From an uncultured Schleiferiaceae bacterium (lineage in GTDB: Bacteria > Bacteroidota > Bacteroidia > Flavobacteriales > Schleiferiaceae), in NCBI GenBank assembly GCA_965658445.1, contig CBFHSF010000001.1:5793-69792 (forward strand): 64,000 bases of DNA. The letters are read 5' to 3'. The notes beneath the pieces were generated by a model that saw only the letters and a program-made list of their open reading frames with translations, searched no databases and was not told where the DNA came from. Below are positions 28,878 to 38,473 of this stretch, in pieces (within the stretch, counting starts at the first letter, position 1; every line of letters starts with the position of its first letter). The position numbers and the translations under genes are program-made.

Positions 28878-30050
28878 ATGAACTTAATTCTCTTTGACGG
28901 TCCCCAGCGCGACCACTTGCTGCCGTTTACATTTACTCGCCCCGTTGCGGATCTCCGCTTGGGAATCTTAACCATTGCTGAGAAATGGGAGAGAAGACTG
29001 GAAACCAAACCATCATTTTACACACCGGGATATCTTAGAGATTGCTTTAAGCCGCAGATTCAAGAAGACAATGTAATGGTCAACGGAGGACTCACTCCCA
29101 ACTTGCGACTGCTGTCTAAGATTGTTGAGCTCAAGATGGGGCAAGGTCTCTTTGCTGGAGAGGAATTGCTCTCTTGCAGAATTTCGGGTGAGCAGGTGGT
29201 GGACTTTCCAGATATTGAATTGGAAAGAGTGGAGTTTGAAGCCGACTTCACCATGGTGAGAAAGCCGTGGGATTTATTTCTACTCAATAAAGCAGAACTC
29301 AAAAAAGACTTTGAGCTGGTAACCGGAGGCAGGACTTCTGCGTCCATCAGTTCCACGAATACCGTTATGGGGGACCAAATCTTCTTAGAAGAAGGCGCCT
29401 ATGTCGAAGCCAGTATTCTCAATGCTACAGACGCTCCTATTTACATCGGAAAAAACGCTCAAGTTTTGGAGGGTGCTATGATACGAGGCGGTTTGGCCAT
29501 CGGTGAATCTTCCGTAATAAAAATGGGTGCCAAAATGTATGGAGCTACCACTTTGGGACCTCACTGTAAGGTGGGAGGAGAGGTTAGCAATTCCATTCTC
29601 ATGGGCTACTCCAACAAGGGTCATGATGGCTATTTAGGGAATTCCGTTTTGGGCGAATGGTGTAACCTCGGTGCCGATACCAATAACTCTAACCTCAAGA
29701 ACAACTACGATGAGGTAAAAGTGTGGGATTACACAACCGGTCGTTTTGCGAAATCTGGCCAGCAGTTTGTGGGACTTCTTATGGGAGATCACAGTAAAGC
29801 GGGTATTAATACCATGTTCAATACGGGTACCGTGGTAGGAGTAAGTGCCAACGTTTATGGTGCGGGCTTTCCCAGAAACTTTATCCCCAGTTATAGTTGG
29901 GGCGGAGCTTCCGGAACCATGGTCTATAAATTGGACAAGGCCTTTGATACAATGCAGCGCATGATGTCAAGACGTGGTTTAGAGCTGACGGATGAGTTGC
30001 GAGCGATGTATGAAAAGGTATTTGAATTGACGGAAGGGGATAGGCGATAA
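28878..30050 (+). CDS. GlmU-family / left-handed beta-helix sugar-nucleotidyltransferase-like protein
   Basis: N-terminal MNLILFDG nucleotidyltransferase-like start and C-terminal hexapeptide repeats (IGKNAQVLEGAMIRGGLAIGESSVI...). Confidence 0.7.
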   Translation: MNLILFDGPQRDHLLPFTFTRPVADLRLGILTIAEKWERRLETKPSFYTPGYLRDCFKPQIQEDNVMVNGGLTPNLRLLSKIVELKMGQGLFAGEELLSCRISGEQVVDFPDIELERVEFEADFTMVRKPWDLFLLNKAELKKDFELVTGGRTSASISSTNTVMGDQIFLEEGAYVEASILNATDAPIYIGKNAQVLEGAMIRGGLAIGESSVIKMGAKMYGATTLGPHCKVGGEVSNSILMGYSNKGHDGYLGNSVLGEWCNLGADTNNSNLKNNYDEVKVWDYTTGRFAKSGQQFVGLLMGDHSKAGINTMFNTGTVVGVSANVYGAGFPRNFIPSYSWGGASGTMVYKLDKAFDTMQRMMSRRGLELTDELRAMYEKVFELTEGDRR

Positions 30051-30339
30051 GTCGATAGTTCTGTTTTTCCCGGAAGTTCCGCCGGGGGCCTCCAACCTCC
30101 TCCCCGGAGACAATCTCGACATTTTTCTTCAAGTGCACGAGTATTTTTCAACGTACAACCGAATGTAAGCGATTACAAAAGTTTACAATCGTTCTGACGT
30201 GTTGTCAGCGCAACGGTATGGCAAATCTATTGGCATGCCTATTGAAGTATAGCTACCCAGCTGCGGAAACGGAGAGAAAGACTCTCCAATGTGTCAATAT
30301 GACTTGGATCTGCAGTTCTTTTACAGAAGAGTGAAGCAA

Positions 30340-32784
30340 ATGAAAAACTTTGAATCTATAGATTTTTCTCAGATCAACGAGGATACGGAATTTATCCCCT
30401 TAATGGCATCTGATAACGAACCGGAATTGACCCAAGAGGATCTTCCCGAGTTCATCCCCATACTTCCCTTGAGAAATACGGTGGTATTTCCAGGAATTGT
30501 TACCCCCATTACGGCCGGAAGAGATACTTCCATAAAGCTCATTAATGAAGCACAAGAGGGCCCCAAGTTTATTGGAGTTGTGGCGCAAAAAAATGCGGAA
30601 ACTGAAACCCCTAAAGAAGGTGATTTCTATCCCATTGGAACCCTTTCTAAAATTGTAAGACTCTTTAAAATGCCCGATGGAAACTTAACGGTTATCATCC
30701 GAGGAAAGAAGCGCTTTAAGATTTTGGAGATGGTGGAGAGTCATCCCTATCACAAGGCGAGAATTGAATTGTTGCCAGATGTGGAGCCGCCCGAAACGGA
30801 TAAGGAGTTTTCGGTTTTGATAGACAGTATCAAAGACTTGGCAAACACCATTATTGAAGAGTCTCCCAATATTCCTACGGAAGCACAGGTGGCTCTAAAA
30901 AATATAGATAACGACTCCTTTTTGCTAAATTTTATCGCCTCTAACATGAATCAAAATGTGAAGGGCAAGCAAGAGATTTTGGAATTGGACAACATCGTAG
31001 AGCGTGCCACGCAGGTTCTCAAACACTTGCATACAGAAGCTCAGATGTTGGAGGTAAGAAATGAAATTCAGAGCAAGGTCAAAACAGAAGTTGACCAACA
31101 ACAAAGAGAGTACTTTTTGCACCAGCAGATGAAGACCATTCAAGAAGAGTTGGGTGGTTCCTCAGTAGAGGGAGAGTTGGAAGAAATGCGCACTAAGGGC
31201 AAGAAGAAAAAATGGGGAGAAAAAGTTGCTGAACACTTTGAAAAGGAGTTGGGCAAGTTGCAAAGACTCAACCAACAAATGCCTGAGTTTAGCATTCAAA
31301 GAAATTACCTCGAGTTGATGTTGGAACTCCCTTGGAATGAATACTCAAAGGATCACTTTGACTTGAAGAAGGCGCAAAAGGTTTTGGATAGAGACCACTT
31401 TGGTTTGGAAAAGGTGAAGGAGCGCATCATTGAGCATTTGGCAGTTCTAAAACTCAAGGGCGATATGAAATCTCCCATTTTGTGTTTGTACGGACCTCCG
31501 GGAGTGGGTAAAACGTCTCTTGGGAAATCCGTTGCAGAAGCTTTGGGAAGAGAATACATAAGAATGTCTTTAGGAGGTCTTAGAGACGAAGCGGAAATTC
31601 GCGGTCACAGAAAGACTTACATAGGCGCTATGCCAGGGCGAGTTATTCAGAATATTAAAAAAGCCGGAACGTCTAACCCCGTGTTTGTTTTGGATGAGAT
31701 CGATAAACTAAAGTACGATGGCCACGGAGATCCTTCCAGTGCCATGTTGGAGGTGTTGGACCCTGAGCAAAACAACGAGTTCCACGATAATTACTTGGAG
31801 CAGGGTTACGATTTGAGTAAGGTGATGTTTGTGGCAACCGCCAACAACCTCAATACCATACAACCTGCATTGCGTGATCGCATGGAGATTATTGAAGTGA
31901 CGGGATATACTTTGGAGGAGAAGGTTGAAATCGCCAAGCGACATCTCTTGCCAAAACAGTTGAAGGAGCATGGCTTGGATGCCGATGCTTTGAAAGTAGA
32001 TAAGAAGACCTTGGGGTACGTTATTGATAAATACACTCGTGAGTCTGGAGTACGTGGATTGGACAAGACCGTCGCCAAATTAGTTCGCTACGCTGCTAAG
32101 GCCAAGGCTATGGATGAAGAATACGAGAAATCTCTTACGCCGGATTTGGTAAAAGATATCTTGGGGCCTACTCGATTTGAGAAGGATTCTTACCAGGGAA
32201 ACGATGTGGCAGGAGTGGTTACCGGATTGGCTTGGACTCCCGTTGGTGGAGACATTCTCTTTATTGAGTCTTCCGTTTCTCCAGGATCTGGAAAAGTAGC
32301 CGTTACTGGGAATTTGGGAGATGTGATGAAAGAGTCCGCCACCATCGCCATGGCGTATTTAAAATCTCATGCTGAAGAGTGGGAGATTTCCATGGATGCC
32401 TTTAAAAAGTGGGACGTAAACATTCACGTTCCCGAAGGAGCGACGCCAAAGGACGGACCTTCTGCAGGGGTAACCATGTTGACGGCATTGGCCTCTCTGT
32501 ACACTCAGAGAAAAGTAAAAGCCAAATTGGCTATGACGGGAGAGATTACTTTACGAGGAAAAGTATTGCCTGTAGGCGGGATTAAGGAAAAGATTTTGGC
32601 CGCTAAGCGCGCTGGAATTACCACCTTGATTTTATGTGAAGAGAACCGAAAGGACATTGAAGAAATTACACCTTCCTACCTCAAGGGTTTGACCTTCCAT
32701 TACGTTACTCAAATGAAAGAGGTTTTGGACATTGCTCTTTTGAATCAGCAAGTCAAGAATCCGAAAAACATCAATGGCAAGTAG
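30340..32784 (+). CDS. lon: Lon protease (endopeptidase La)
   Basis: LON N-domain, Walker A GPPGVGKTS, VLDEIDK, and catalytic PKDGPSAG with a downstream K. ATG 30340 (MKNFESIDF) is preferred over 30289. Confidence 0.95.
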   Translation: MKNFESIDFSQINEDTEFIPLMASDNEPELTQEDLPEFIPILPLRNTVVFPGIVTPITAGRDTSIKLINEAQEGPKFIGVVAQKNAETETPKEGDFYPIGTLSKIVRLFKMPDGNLTVIIRGKKRFKILEMVESHPYHKARIELLPDVEPPETDKEFSVLIDSIKDLANTIIEESPNIPTEAQVALKNIDNDSFLLNFIASNMNQNVKGKQEILELDNIVERATQVLKHLHTEAQMLEVRNEIQSKVKTEVDQQQREYFLHQQMKTIQEELGGSSVEGELEEMRTKGKKKKWGEKVAEHFEKELGKLQRLNQQMPEFSIQRNYLELMLELPWNEYSKDHFDLKKAQKVLDRDHFGLEKVKERIIEHLAVLKLKGDMKSPILCLYGPPGVGKTSLGKSVAEALGREYIRMSLGGLRDEAEIRGHRKTYIGAMPGRVIQNIKKAGTSNPVFVLDEIDKLKYDGHGDPSSAMLEVLDPEQNNEFHDNYLEQGYDLSKVMFVATANNLNTIQPALRDRMEIIEVTGYTLEEKVEIAKRHLLPKQLKEHGLDADALKVDKKTLGYVIDKYTRESGVRGLDKTVAKLVRYAAKAKAMDEEYEKSLTPDLVKDILGPTRFEKDSYQGNDVAGVVTGLAWTPVGGDILFIESSVSPGSGKVAVTGNLGDVMKESATIAMAYLKSHAEEWEISMDAFKKWDVNIHVPEGATPKDGPSAGVTMLTALASLYTQRKVKAKLAMTGEITLRGKVLPVGGIKEKILAAKRAGITTLILCEENRKDIEEITPSYLKGLTFHYVTQMKEVLDIALLNQQVKNPKNINGK

Positions 32785-32858
32785 ATTGTAAATAGATCTG
32801 AAAGGGCGATTTTCCGCCTTGTTTTCAGTCATTCGCATTTTACAAAAACCACATATTT

Positions 32859-32902
32859 AAGCCCCTTTTGATGCTGGCATCAGTGTTTAAGGGGCTTTTT
32901 TT
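32859..32902 (+). terminator. rho-independent terminator after lon
   Basis: AAGCCCCTT ... AAGGGGCTT stem with an inner GATGC-TG-GCATC hairpin, followed by T7. Confidence 0.85.
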
Positions 32903-33106
32903 ATGCAGAATCGGCTATTTTTTCGGAGTTTAGGAGTTTGATTCGATTTTTGGTTTTGGGGTAAATTCCCTTCTTATTACCTTAATAACATGTTTGGATT
33001 TCACGGTTACTATCAAGCCCAAAATCTATCCAAAAGAAGAGCCAAACGCACGTCAGTTTTTGGAAAATGGACCTTGGTTACTCAACCTTATTAAATACGT
33101 TTCATC

Positions 33107-33391
33107 ATGAGCGCAGGAGGAACTATGGCCGCTGCTCAAAGCAGCTTAAAGAGCAATGCAAGAAAGCGCACCAAGCTCTTCGATAAGGGATATCAGAAGT
33201 ACTCTAAATCTTGGAAGGGGAGAAATACGGTGCGAAAAATGACCTCTGTGCAAAGGCAGTATTGGGCCCAAAAGCAGCGGGAATTTCAAAGAGAAAGTAG
33301 AGTGCGAACCATCAAAATTCTATTGGTAACAGGAGGTGTTACCAGTTTATTATTGTTGGGTGGTTATGGCATCCTTTCGCTCTGGTTTTAA
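33107..33391 (+). CDS. small basic tail-anchored membrane protein, function unknown
   Basis: 94 aa with a Lys/Arg-rich N-terminal part and a C-terminal TM (ILLVTGGVTSLLLLGGYGILSLWF). It is in frame with a 34-codon ORF upstream (see findings). Confidence 0.4.
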   Translation: MSAGGTMAAAQSSLKSNARKRTKLFDKGYQKYSKSWKGRNTVRKMTSVQRQYWAQKQREFQRESRVRTIKILLVTGGVTSLLLLGGYGILSLWF

Positions 33392-34479
33392 AAAGGATCC
33401 GCGAAAGTGGTATCCGTTAAAAACTGAATGTCAGACAGCGTGAAAAGAAAGGCTAAAAGGTCATCTTTCTGTGTCTGTGTCCAATTTCTTCCCACTCCAG
33501 CAGCCTTCATGTTGGGATCCAATGTAGGAGTAACATGTCCTCCAAAATTGTAGAATTCAATAACCTCTTGGAGGTTTTGAAATCTTCCATCGTGCATATA
33601 AGGGAAGGAAAATTCAATATTTCTCAAGGTGGTCACCTTGAACTTTCCTCTGTCTGCGGGGTCTCCTGAAACTCCTTCTCTCCCTGAGCCAGGAGCTAAG
33701 ACTGAGTCCAAACCATTGTTAGAAAATTGCAACTCCCCAAAGGCTCCAAAGGTGGGGTTGGAGTGGCAGTGAAAACAGTCTCCTTGTTCGTTAAAAAACA
33801 GGTCTTTTCCTCGATTTTCCTGGTCTGTAAAGTTGGGGAAGGGCTGCAGAACATCATTAGTTACAGCAAATCCTTGGTCAAATTTGGAGTTGCCAGAAAT
33901 CATAGTTCTTTCAAACTGGGCAATGGCCTTGGTTGCATTTTCTTTAGTGAAAGAGTTAGGGCCAAAAGCTGCGGTAAACATAGCTTGGTATTCGGGGTCT
34001 GCTTCCAATTTCATAAGAACCTTATCCCACGTTGTGTGCATTTCTATGGGGTTGATAACCGGTTCTTCCGCTTGCTCCTCCATGGTAACCGATCTGCCGT
34101 CCCAAAAGAAGAAATCTTGCCATGCCAAGTTGATGATGGCCATTGCGTTTTTATCGCCTTCAATGCCGTCTATTCCTGTTGAGAATTGATTAAAATCAGA
34201 GAAGGCATAGTCCTGTAAGTGACAGCTAGCACATGCCTGTGTATTGTCATCAGATAGTCGCTTATCATAGAACAAATGTCTACCCAAGTTTATTCCTTCA
34301 ACGGTCTGTGGATTGTCTACGGGAATTTCTGGAGGAGGAAATCCGATGGGAACGGGCAACTCTGCAGGTGTAGTCACCACATAGCTATTGGATACGGTTT
34401 GATCCTTTTCACACGCAGCCAATATGAAAACTGCACCAAGGACGCCGGGTACAGTCATTTTTATCCAATAGTTTCTCAT
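33388..34479 (-). CDS. di-haem cytochrome c peroxidase (CCP/MauG family) lipoprotein
   Basis: Two CxxCH motifs (CASCH, CFHCH) with CCP-like spacing, and a lipoprotein signal FILAAC. Start placed at M29 (ATG 34479); ATG 34458 is also possible. Confidence 0.85.
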   Translation of the reverse strand: MRNYWIKMTVPGVLGAVFILAACEKDQTVSNSYVVTTPAELPVPIGFPPPEIPVDNPQTVEGINLGRHLFYDKRLSDDNTQACASCHLQDYAFSDFNQFSTGIDGIEGDKNAMAIINLAWQDFFFWDGRSVTMEEQAEEPVINPIEMHTTWDKVLMKLEADPEYQAMFTAAFGPNSFTKENATKAIAQFERTMISGNSKFDQGFAVTNDVLQPFPNFTDQENRGKDLFFNEQGDCFHCHSNPTFGAFGELQFSNNGLDSVLAPGSGREGVSGDPADRGKFKVTTLRNIEFSFPYMHDGRFQNLQEVIEFYNFGGHVTPTLDPNMKAAGVGRNWTQTQKDDLLAFLFTLSDIQFLTDTTFADPF

Positions 34480-34681
34480 CTTTATTTCGAGTAGTTTTTT
34501 CATGCTAAAAATATACAATACTTTACGAGTAAGAAAATATTCTTTTCTTGGGTGTCTACGCATTGTCCTCTGTAGGTCAATGGGTTAGCCCAAAAGAATA
34601 ATTACTTTTAACCCCGATATCAGTCAATGACTCATTTGTCAGTGGTCTGGATATTAAAAAATCTAACACGTGTATTACTAC

Positions 34682-37132
34682 ATGTATCCAAACATGGTGT
34701 CCCAAACTCGACTCAAATCTAAACTAACAACCATTCTCCTCTTGTTGTGGTCATGGATGGTTGTCGGACAAAATTCAACCCCACCGTCCACGGAAAAGAT
34801 AGAAGGGATTGACTTTTTGTTGACGACCGGTCGTTCTTTACAAACAACGAATCCGGATTCTAGTTTGTTCTTGGGCCGTCAGGCCAAACAACTTTCCCAA
34901 AAAGTAGAGTATACCAAGGGAATTGCAAATGCCAATCTCTTGATTGGCACATCTCATTTATTGAAAGAGAATTTGGATAGCGCCAGTTATTTCATCAAAA
35001 TTGCCATTCGTAAAGCGGAATACTACAACTTAGAGGGATTACAAAGTCGTGCTTACTCCAATTATGGTATTATCATGTTGTACATGGGAAATCTCGATTC
35101 CTCTGAAATATACTTTCATCGAGCGCTAGTACTTTACAATAAAACGCAAAATTACCAGGGAGCCTATAAAGCTCAAGACAATTTGGCAACCATTGCCATT
35201 CTCAACGACGATTATCCCTTGTCTTTGGACTATCTGTTCCAGTGTTTGGAGTTGTCTGATCATTTGAAGGATCCGAGTCTATTGCCAAGGACCTATTCCA
35301 ATATCTCCTCTAGTTACCAAAACATTGGCGAATACGAAGAAGCGTTAAAATACCTCAAGAAGTCCATGTCTTATGGGATCGAGGATGGGGATGACGAGTT
35401 GCGAATTAGCAACACCAACAAACTGGGAGATATCTACTTACAGATAGGTGATTTGGAGTCTGCGCATGAAATGTTCACCTCCAATTTAAAGTTATACAGA
35501 GGAAAGGATGATTGTTGGCTTTTGGAAAGTCACTTGGGTATCAGTGATACCTATGTTGAAATGGAAGATTTGGACAGTGCCCTTTTTCACGCCAATATCG
35601 CTTACGATATGGCTCAGGATTGTGGCTTTTTTCACTTCAATTATCAGACCCTGTTTCAGAAAGGACACATTTACTTGGCTATGGGCAGGTACGACGAGGC
35701 AGAGTACAACCTCAAGCAATGCGAAGCCTCCATTAACAGCATGCAGATCGAAGAGGGCTTTTACGAACTCTTTGCGGTCTTGAGTGAATTGTATGAGAGA
35801 AAGGGGGACTACAAGACGTCTCTATCTTATTATAAACAGTACAAGGCCTTGCAAGATTCTTCCCTCAATGAGCAAAACCTAAGGGACTTGTCTCGGTTGG
35901 AAATGAACAAGGAGTTTGCCGCTGAAAAGCAAATTCTTCTGACAAAACAAGAGGCTCAAGAAAGAATCTTGGAAGAGAAGGTTGCATACGAGACCCAGAC
36001 TAGAAACTATATTTTGGCGGGGCTTATCATTTTAATCATTGCGCTGGCCGTTGGTACGAGGTCCTATATGCAAGTCCGATTGGCCAACCGAACTTTGGCC
36101 AAGAATAATAAGATCATCAAGAATCAGAGTCAAGAATTGGGATACAAGGCAGAGCTTCTCAAAAACTCCAATGAAGAGGTCAAAAAATTATCTGCTTATC
36201 GAGAAGGATTGGCACATATGGCCGTCCATGATATGAAGAATCCGCTCAATACGATAATGGGGCTTTCTGAGGAAGGCCATGTCACCCGAGAGCAGGTTCG
36301 CAAAATCAACAAGGCAAGCCGCCACATCTTCACCTTTCTTACCAATATCCTGGACATCTATAAGTTTGAAGAAACCAGTATTTCACTGGACGTGAAGCCG
36401 CACCGCGTCATGGATCAAATCAATGAGGCCGTTCACGATGTGGAGATCTTGGTTGAGGAGAAGGGGATTAGCATTCTCAAGGAACTTTCCTTGGATTTGG
36501 TGGGAACCTACGATGCTCAATTGGTTCGTAGAATTATGACCAATCTGATTACCAATTCCATTAAGTACTCAAAATATGGACAGGATATTTTGATTAAAGG
36601 CTATGCCACGGAAACAGAAATTGTTCTGTCTGTAGTTGATTTTGGTCAAGGAATTAAATCCAACCACATTCCCCATTTGTTTGAAAAGTTTACCTCCACA
36701 AAGCCACAACGCATAACGGGATCTGCTTCCACTGGGATTGGCCTAAATTTCTGTCAATTGGCTGTGGAGGCTCATGGCGGGAAAATTTGGGCAGAGTCTG
36801 AAGTGGGCAAGGGGACCAAGGTTTCTTTCACTTTCCCCTTACAAGAAATTCCAGATTACTACCTCGATGAAAATGGGATCGAAGCCATAGCGGAGGAGAT
36901 AAACCAAAAGTTAGTGATCCCAGAAGAGGTTGACATTATTCTCAGCTTCACCGAAGAACTAAAGAAGTACCGAGTCTATCAAATTGGAAAGATAAATCAG
37001 GTGATTGCTCACCTTGAGGAAATTGAAATTTTGAGTCCCTGGAAGAACAAGCTCAAGGCGATTGCATATAGAGGGGATCAAAAGGATTACTCAGATTTTT
37101 TAACCGAAACTTTAACTCAGTATGGCAAGTAA
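34682..37132 (+). CDS. TPR-repeat sensor histidine kinase
   Basis: N-terminal signal/TM, about 400 aa of TPR-like repeats, and a TM (ILAGLIILIIALAVG). Followed by H-box AHMAVHDMKNPL, N-box ITNSIKYS and G-boxes DFGQGI / GIGLNF. About 100 aa extra follow the ATPase domain. The first ATG is at 34682 (ORF-track start is GTG 34670); ATG 34694 is possible. Confidence 0.85.
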   Translation: MYPNMVSQTRLKSKLTTILLLLWSWMVVGQNSTPPSTEKIEGIDFLLTTGRSLQTTNPDSSLFLGRQAKQLSQKVEYTKGIANANLLIGTSHLLKENLDSASYFIKIAIRKAEYYNLEGLQSRAYSNYGIIMLYMGNLDSSEIYFHRALVLYNKTQNYQGAYKAQDNLATIAILNDDYPLSLDYLFQCLELSDHLKDPSLLPRTYSNISSSYQNIGEYEEALKYLKKSMSYGIEDGDDELRISNTNKLGDIYLQIGDLESAHEMFTSNLKLYRGKDDCWLLESHLGISDTYVEMEDLDSALFHANIAYDMAQDCGFFHFNYQTLFQKGHIYLAMGRYDEAEYNLKQCEASINSMQIEEGFYELFAVLSELYERKGDYKTSLSYYKQYKALQDSSLNEQNLRDLSRLEMNKEFAAEKQILLTKQEAQERILEEKVAYETQTRNYILAGLIILIIALAVGTRSYMQVRLANRTLAKNNKIIKNQSQELGYKAELLKNSNEEVKKLSAYREGLAHMAVHDMKNPLNTIMGLSEEGHVTREQVRKINKASRHIFTFLTNILDIYKFEETSISLDVKPHRVMDQINEAVHDVEILVEEKGISILKELSLDLVGTYDAQLVRRIMTNLITNSIKYSKYGQDILIKGYATETEIVLSVVDFGQGIKSNHIPHLFEKFTSTKPQRITGSASTGIGLNFCQLAVEAHGGKIWAESEVGKGTKVSFTFPLQEIPDYYLDENGIEAIAEEINQKLVIPEEVDIILSFTEELKKYRVYQIGKINQVIAHLEEIEILSPWKNKLKAIAYRGDQKDYSDFLTETLTQYGK

Positions 37133-37985
37133 AATTTTAATCGTTGACGACGACCCCAATAACATGGAGTTGATCTATGACTTTTTAGAAGACAAAACGC
37201 ATGAATTGTTATGGGCTCCTAACGGGTTCAGAGCCGTTGAGTTAGCGCTTTTGGAACAACCAGATCTCATTATTATGGACTGGCAAATGCCCGTCATGGA
37301 TGGCATTGAAGCCATTCACGTTCTCAAAGAAAATGAAACTACAAAGAACATTGCCATCATAATGACCACGGGGGTAATGATGAGCCCAGAGAACACCAAA
37401 ACCGCCTTGGATACCGGAGCGGTTGATTTTTTGAAAAAGCCATTTAATCCCATTGAGTTTAACGCACGGGTTAGAGCGAACATGAGAATTAAGCAACAAC
37501 ACGAGTTAATTACTCAGTTGTTAAAGAATGAAAAAAGGCTTATGCAAGAGGCGTTGGAGAGAAAAGAAAGAGAATTGAGTTCAGCAGCAATGTTTGAACA
37601 CGAGAAGAATACCATGCTTATTAAGATCCTCAAAGAATTGGATAAGCTTGATGATATTGACAACCCAGAGGTCAAGGAGAATATCATACATATCCGAAGA
37701 CAACTCAAAACGCAATTGAACTTGGAGAGGTCCTGGGCCAACTTTAAAATTCACTTTGAAGAAGTGCATCCCTCGTTCTTCCTTCGATTGGAAGAACAGT
37801 TTGAAGGGCTGAGTACCAATGAGAGAAAAATCTGCGCTTACTTAAAGATCGGATTGGAAAACAAGGAGATCGCCATTCTTACCAATGTTGTTTCTGCCTC
37901 AGTGAGAAAAGCATTGAACCGTTTAAAATCGAAAATGGGACTCTCTGAGGACGAAAACCTAAGAGCCTTTATCTCTAGGATTTAA
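37122..37985 (+). CDS. response regulator: receiver domain, coiled-coil linker, LuxR/GerE-type HTH
   Basis: ILIVDDDP and IIMDWQMPVMDG (phospho-Asp), with KKPF. C-terminal ERKICAYLKIGLENKEIA...VRKALNRLKSKMG resembles a GerE HTH. Overlaps the kinase stop by 11 nt. Confidence 0.85.
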   Translation: MASKILIVDDDPNNMELIYDFLEDKTHELLWAPNGFRAVELALLEQPDLIIMDWQMPVMDGIEAIHVLKENETTKNIAIIMTTGVMMSPENTKTALDTGAVDFLKKPFNPIEFNARVRANMRIKQQHELITQLLKNEKRLMQEALERKERELSSAAMFEHEKNTMLIKILKELDKLDDIDNPEVKENIIHIRRQLKTQLNLERSWANFKIHFEEVHPSFFLRLEEQFEGLSTNERKICAYLKIGLENKEIAILTNVVSASVRKALNRLKSKMGLSEDENLRAFISRI

Positions 37986-38105
37986 GGGCTTTTCGGGTCT
38001 GATTTCCAGTTTCTTACAGTCTGTCCACTCATTGTCTACGTAGGGTTCTGGGTTCGCTTTTGATTTCGTAATACTTTCGTACCATATCCAAATTACTGGC
38101 AATTC

Positions 38106-38471
38106 ATGGCCCACGAAAAGAATTTGTTACTTGTAGACAATAGTCCGTTTTCTCTTGCGATTATTCACCGTCTACAAAAGACTTTTAGTCTACGTATTGA
38201 CTATGCCTCATCTGTGGAAGAAGCTCATGCGGTTTGTGAGGATGTAGATTATGTAGTATCCAATTTTGACCTGTCGGGTATGAACGGCATTGAGTTTTTG
38301 CTCAAAGCTAAGCAGTTAACACCTGGATTGAAGTTTGCTCTATTAACAGGAAGGGAAGAAGGAGATGCAAAGAATGAGGAGTTGGAGTTTATCATTACTA
38401 ATTTGTCCTTTGGCAAAGTAGTGGAAAATCCGCTCTCCATTCCCAATCAATCTGAACTATTAATCGTGTAA
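38106..38471 (+). CDS. stand-alone receiver (CheY-like) domain protein
   Basis: LLLVDNSP (DN instead of DD), VVSNFDLSGMNG and ALLTG. 121 aa with no output domain. Confidence 0.6.
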   Translation: MAHEKNLLLVDNSPFSLAIIHRLQKTFSLRIDYASSVEEAHAVCEDVDYVVSNFDLSGMNGIEFLLKAKQLTPGLKFALLTGREEGDAKNEELEFIITNLSFGKVVENPLSIPNQSELLIV

Positions 38472-38473
38472 TC

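Noticed and set aside
30219-30235. Sigma-54-like element TGGCA-N6-TTGGCA upstream of lon.
   Set aside because: The spacing is one base off the GG-N10-GC rule and the -12 element is TTGGCA rather than TTGCA. I judge it a chance resemblance unless supported by an RpoN regulon analysis.
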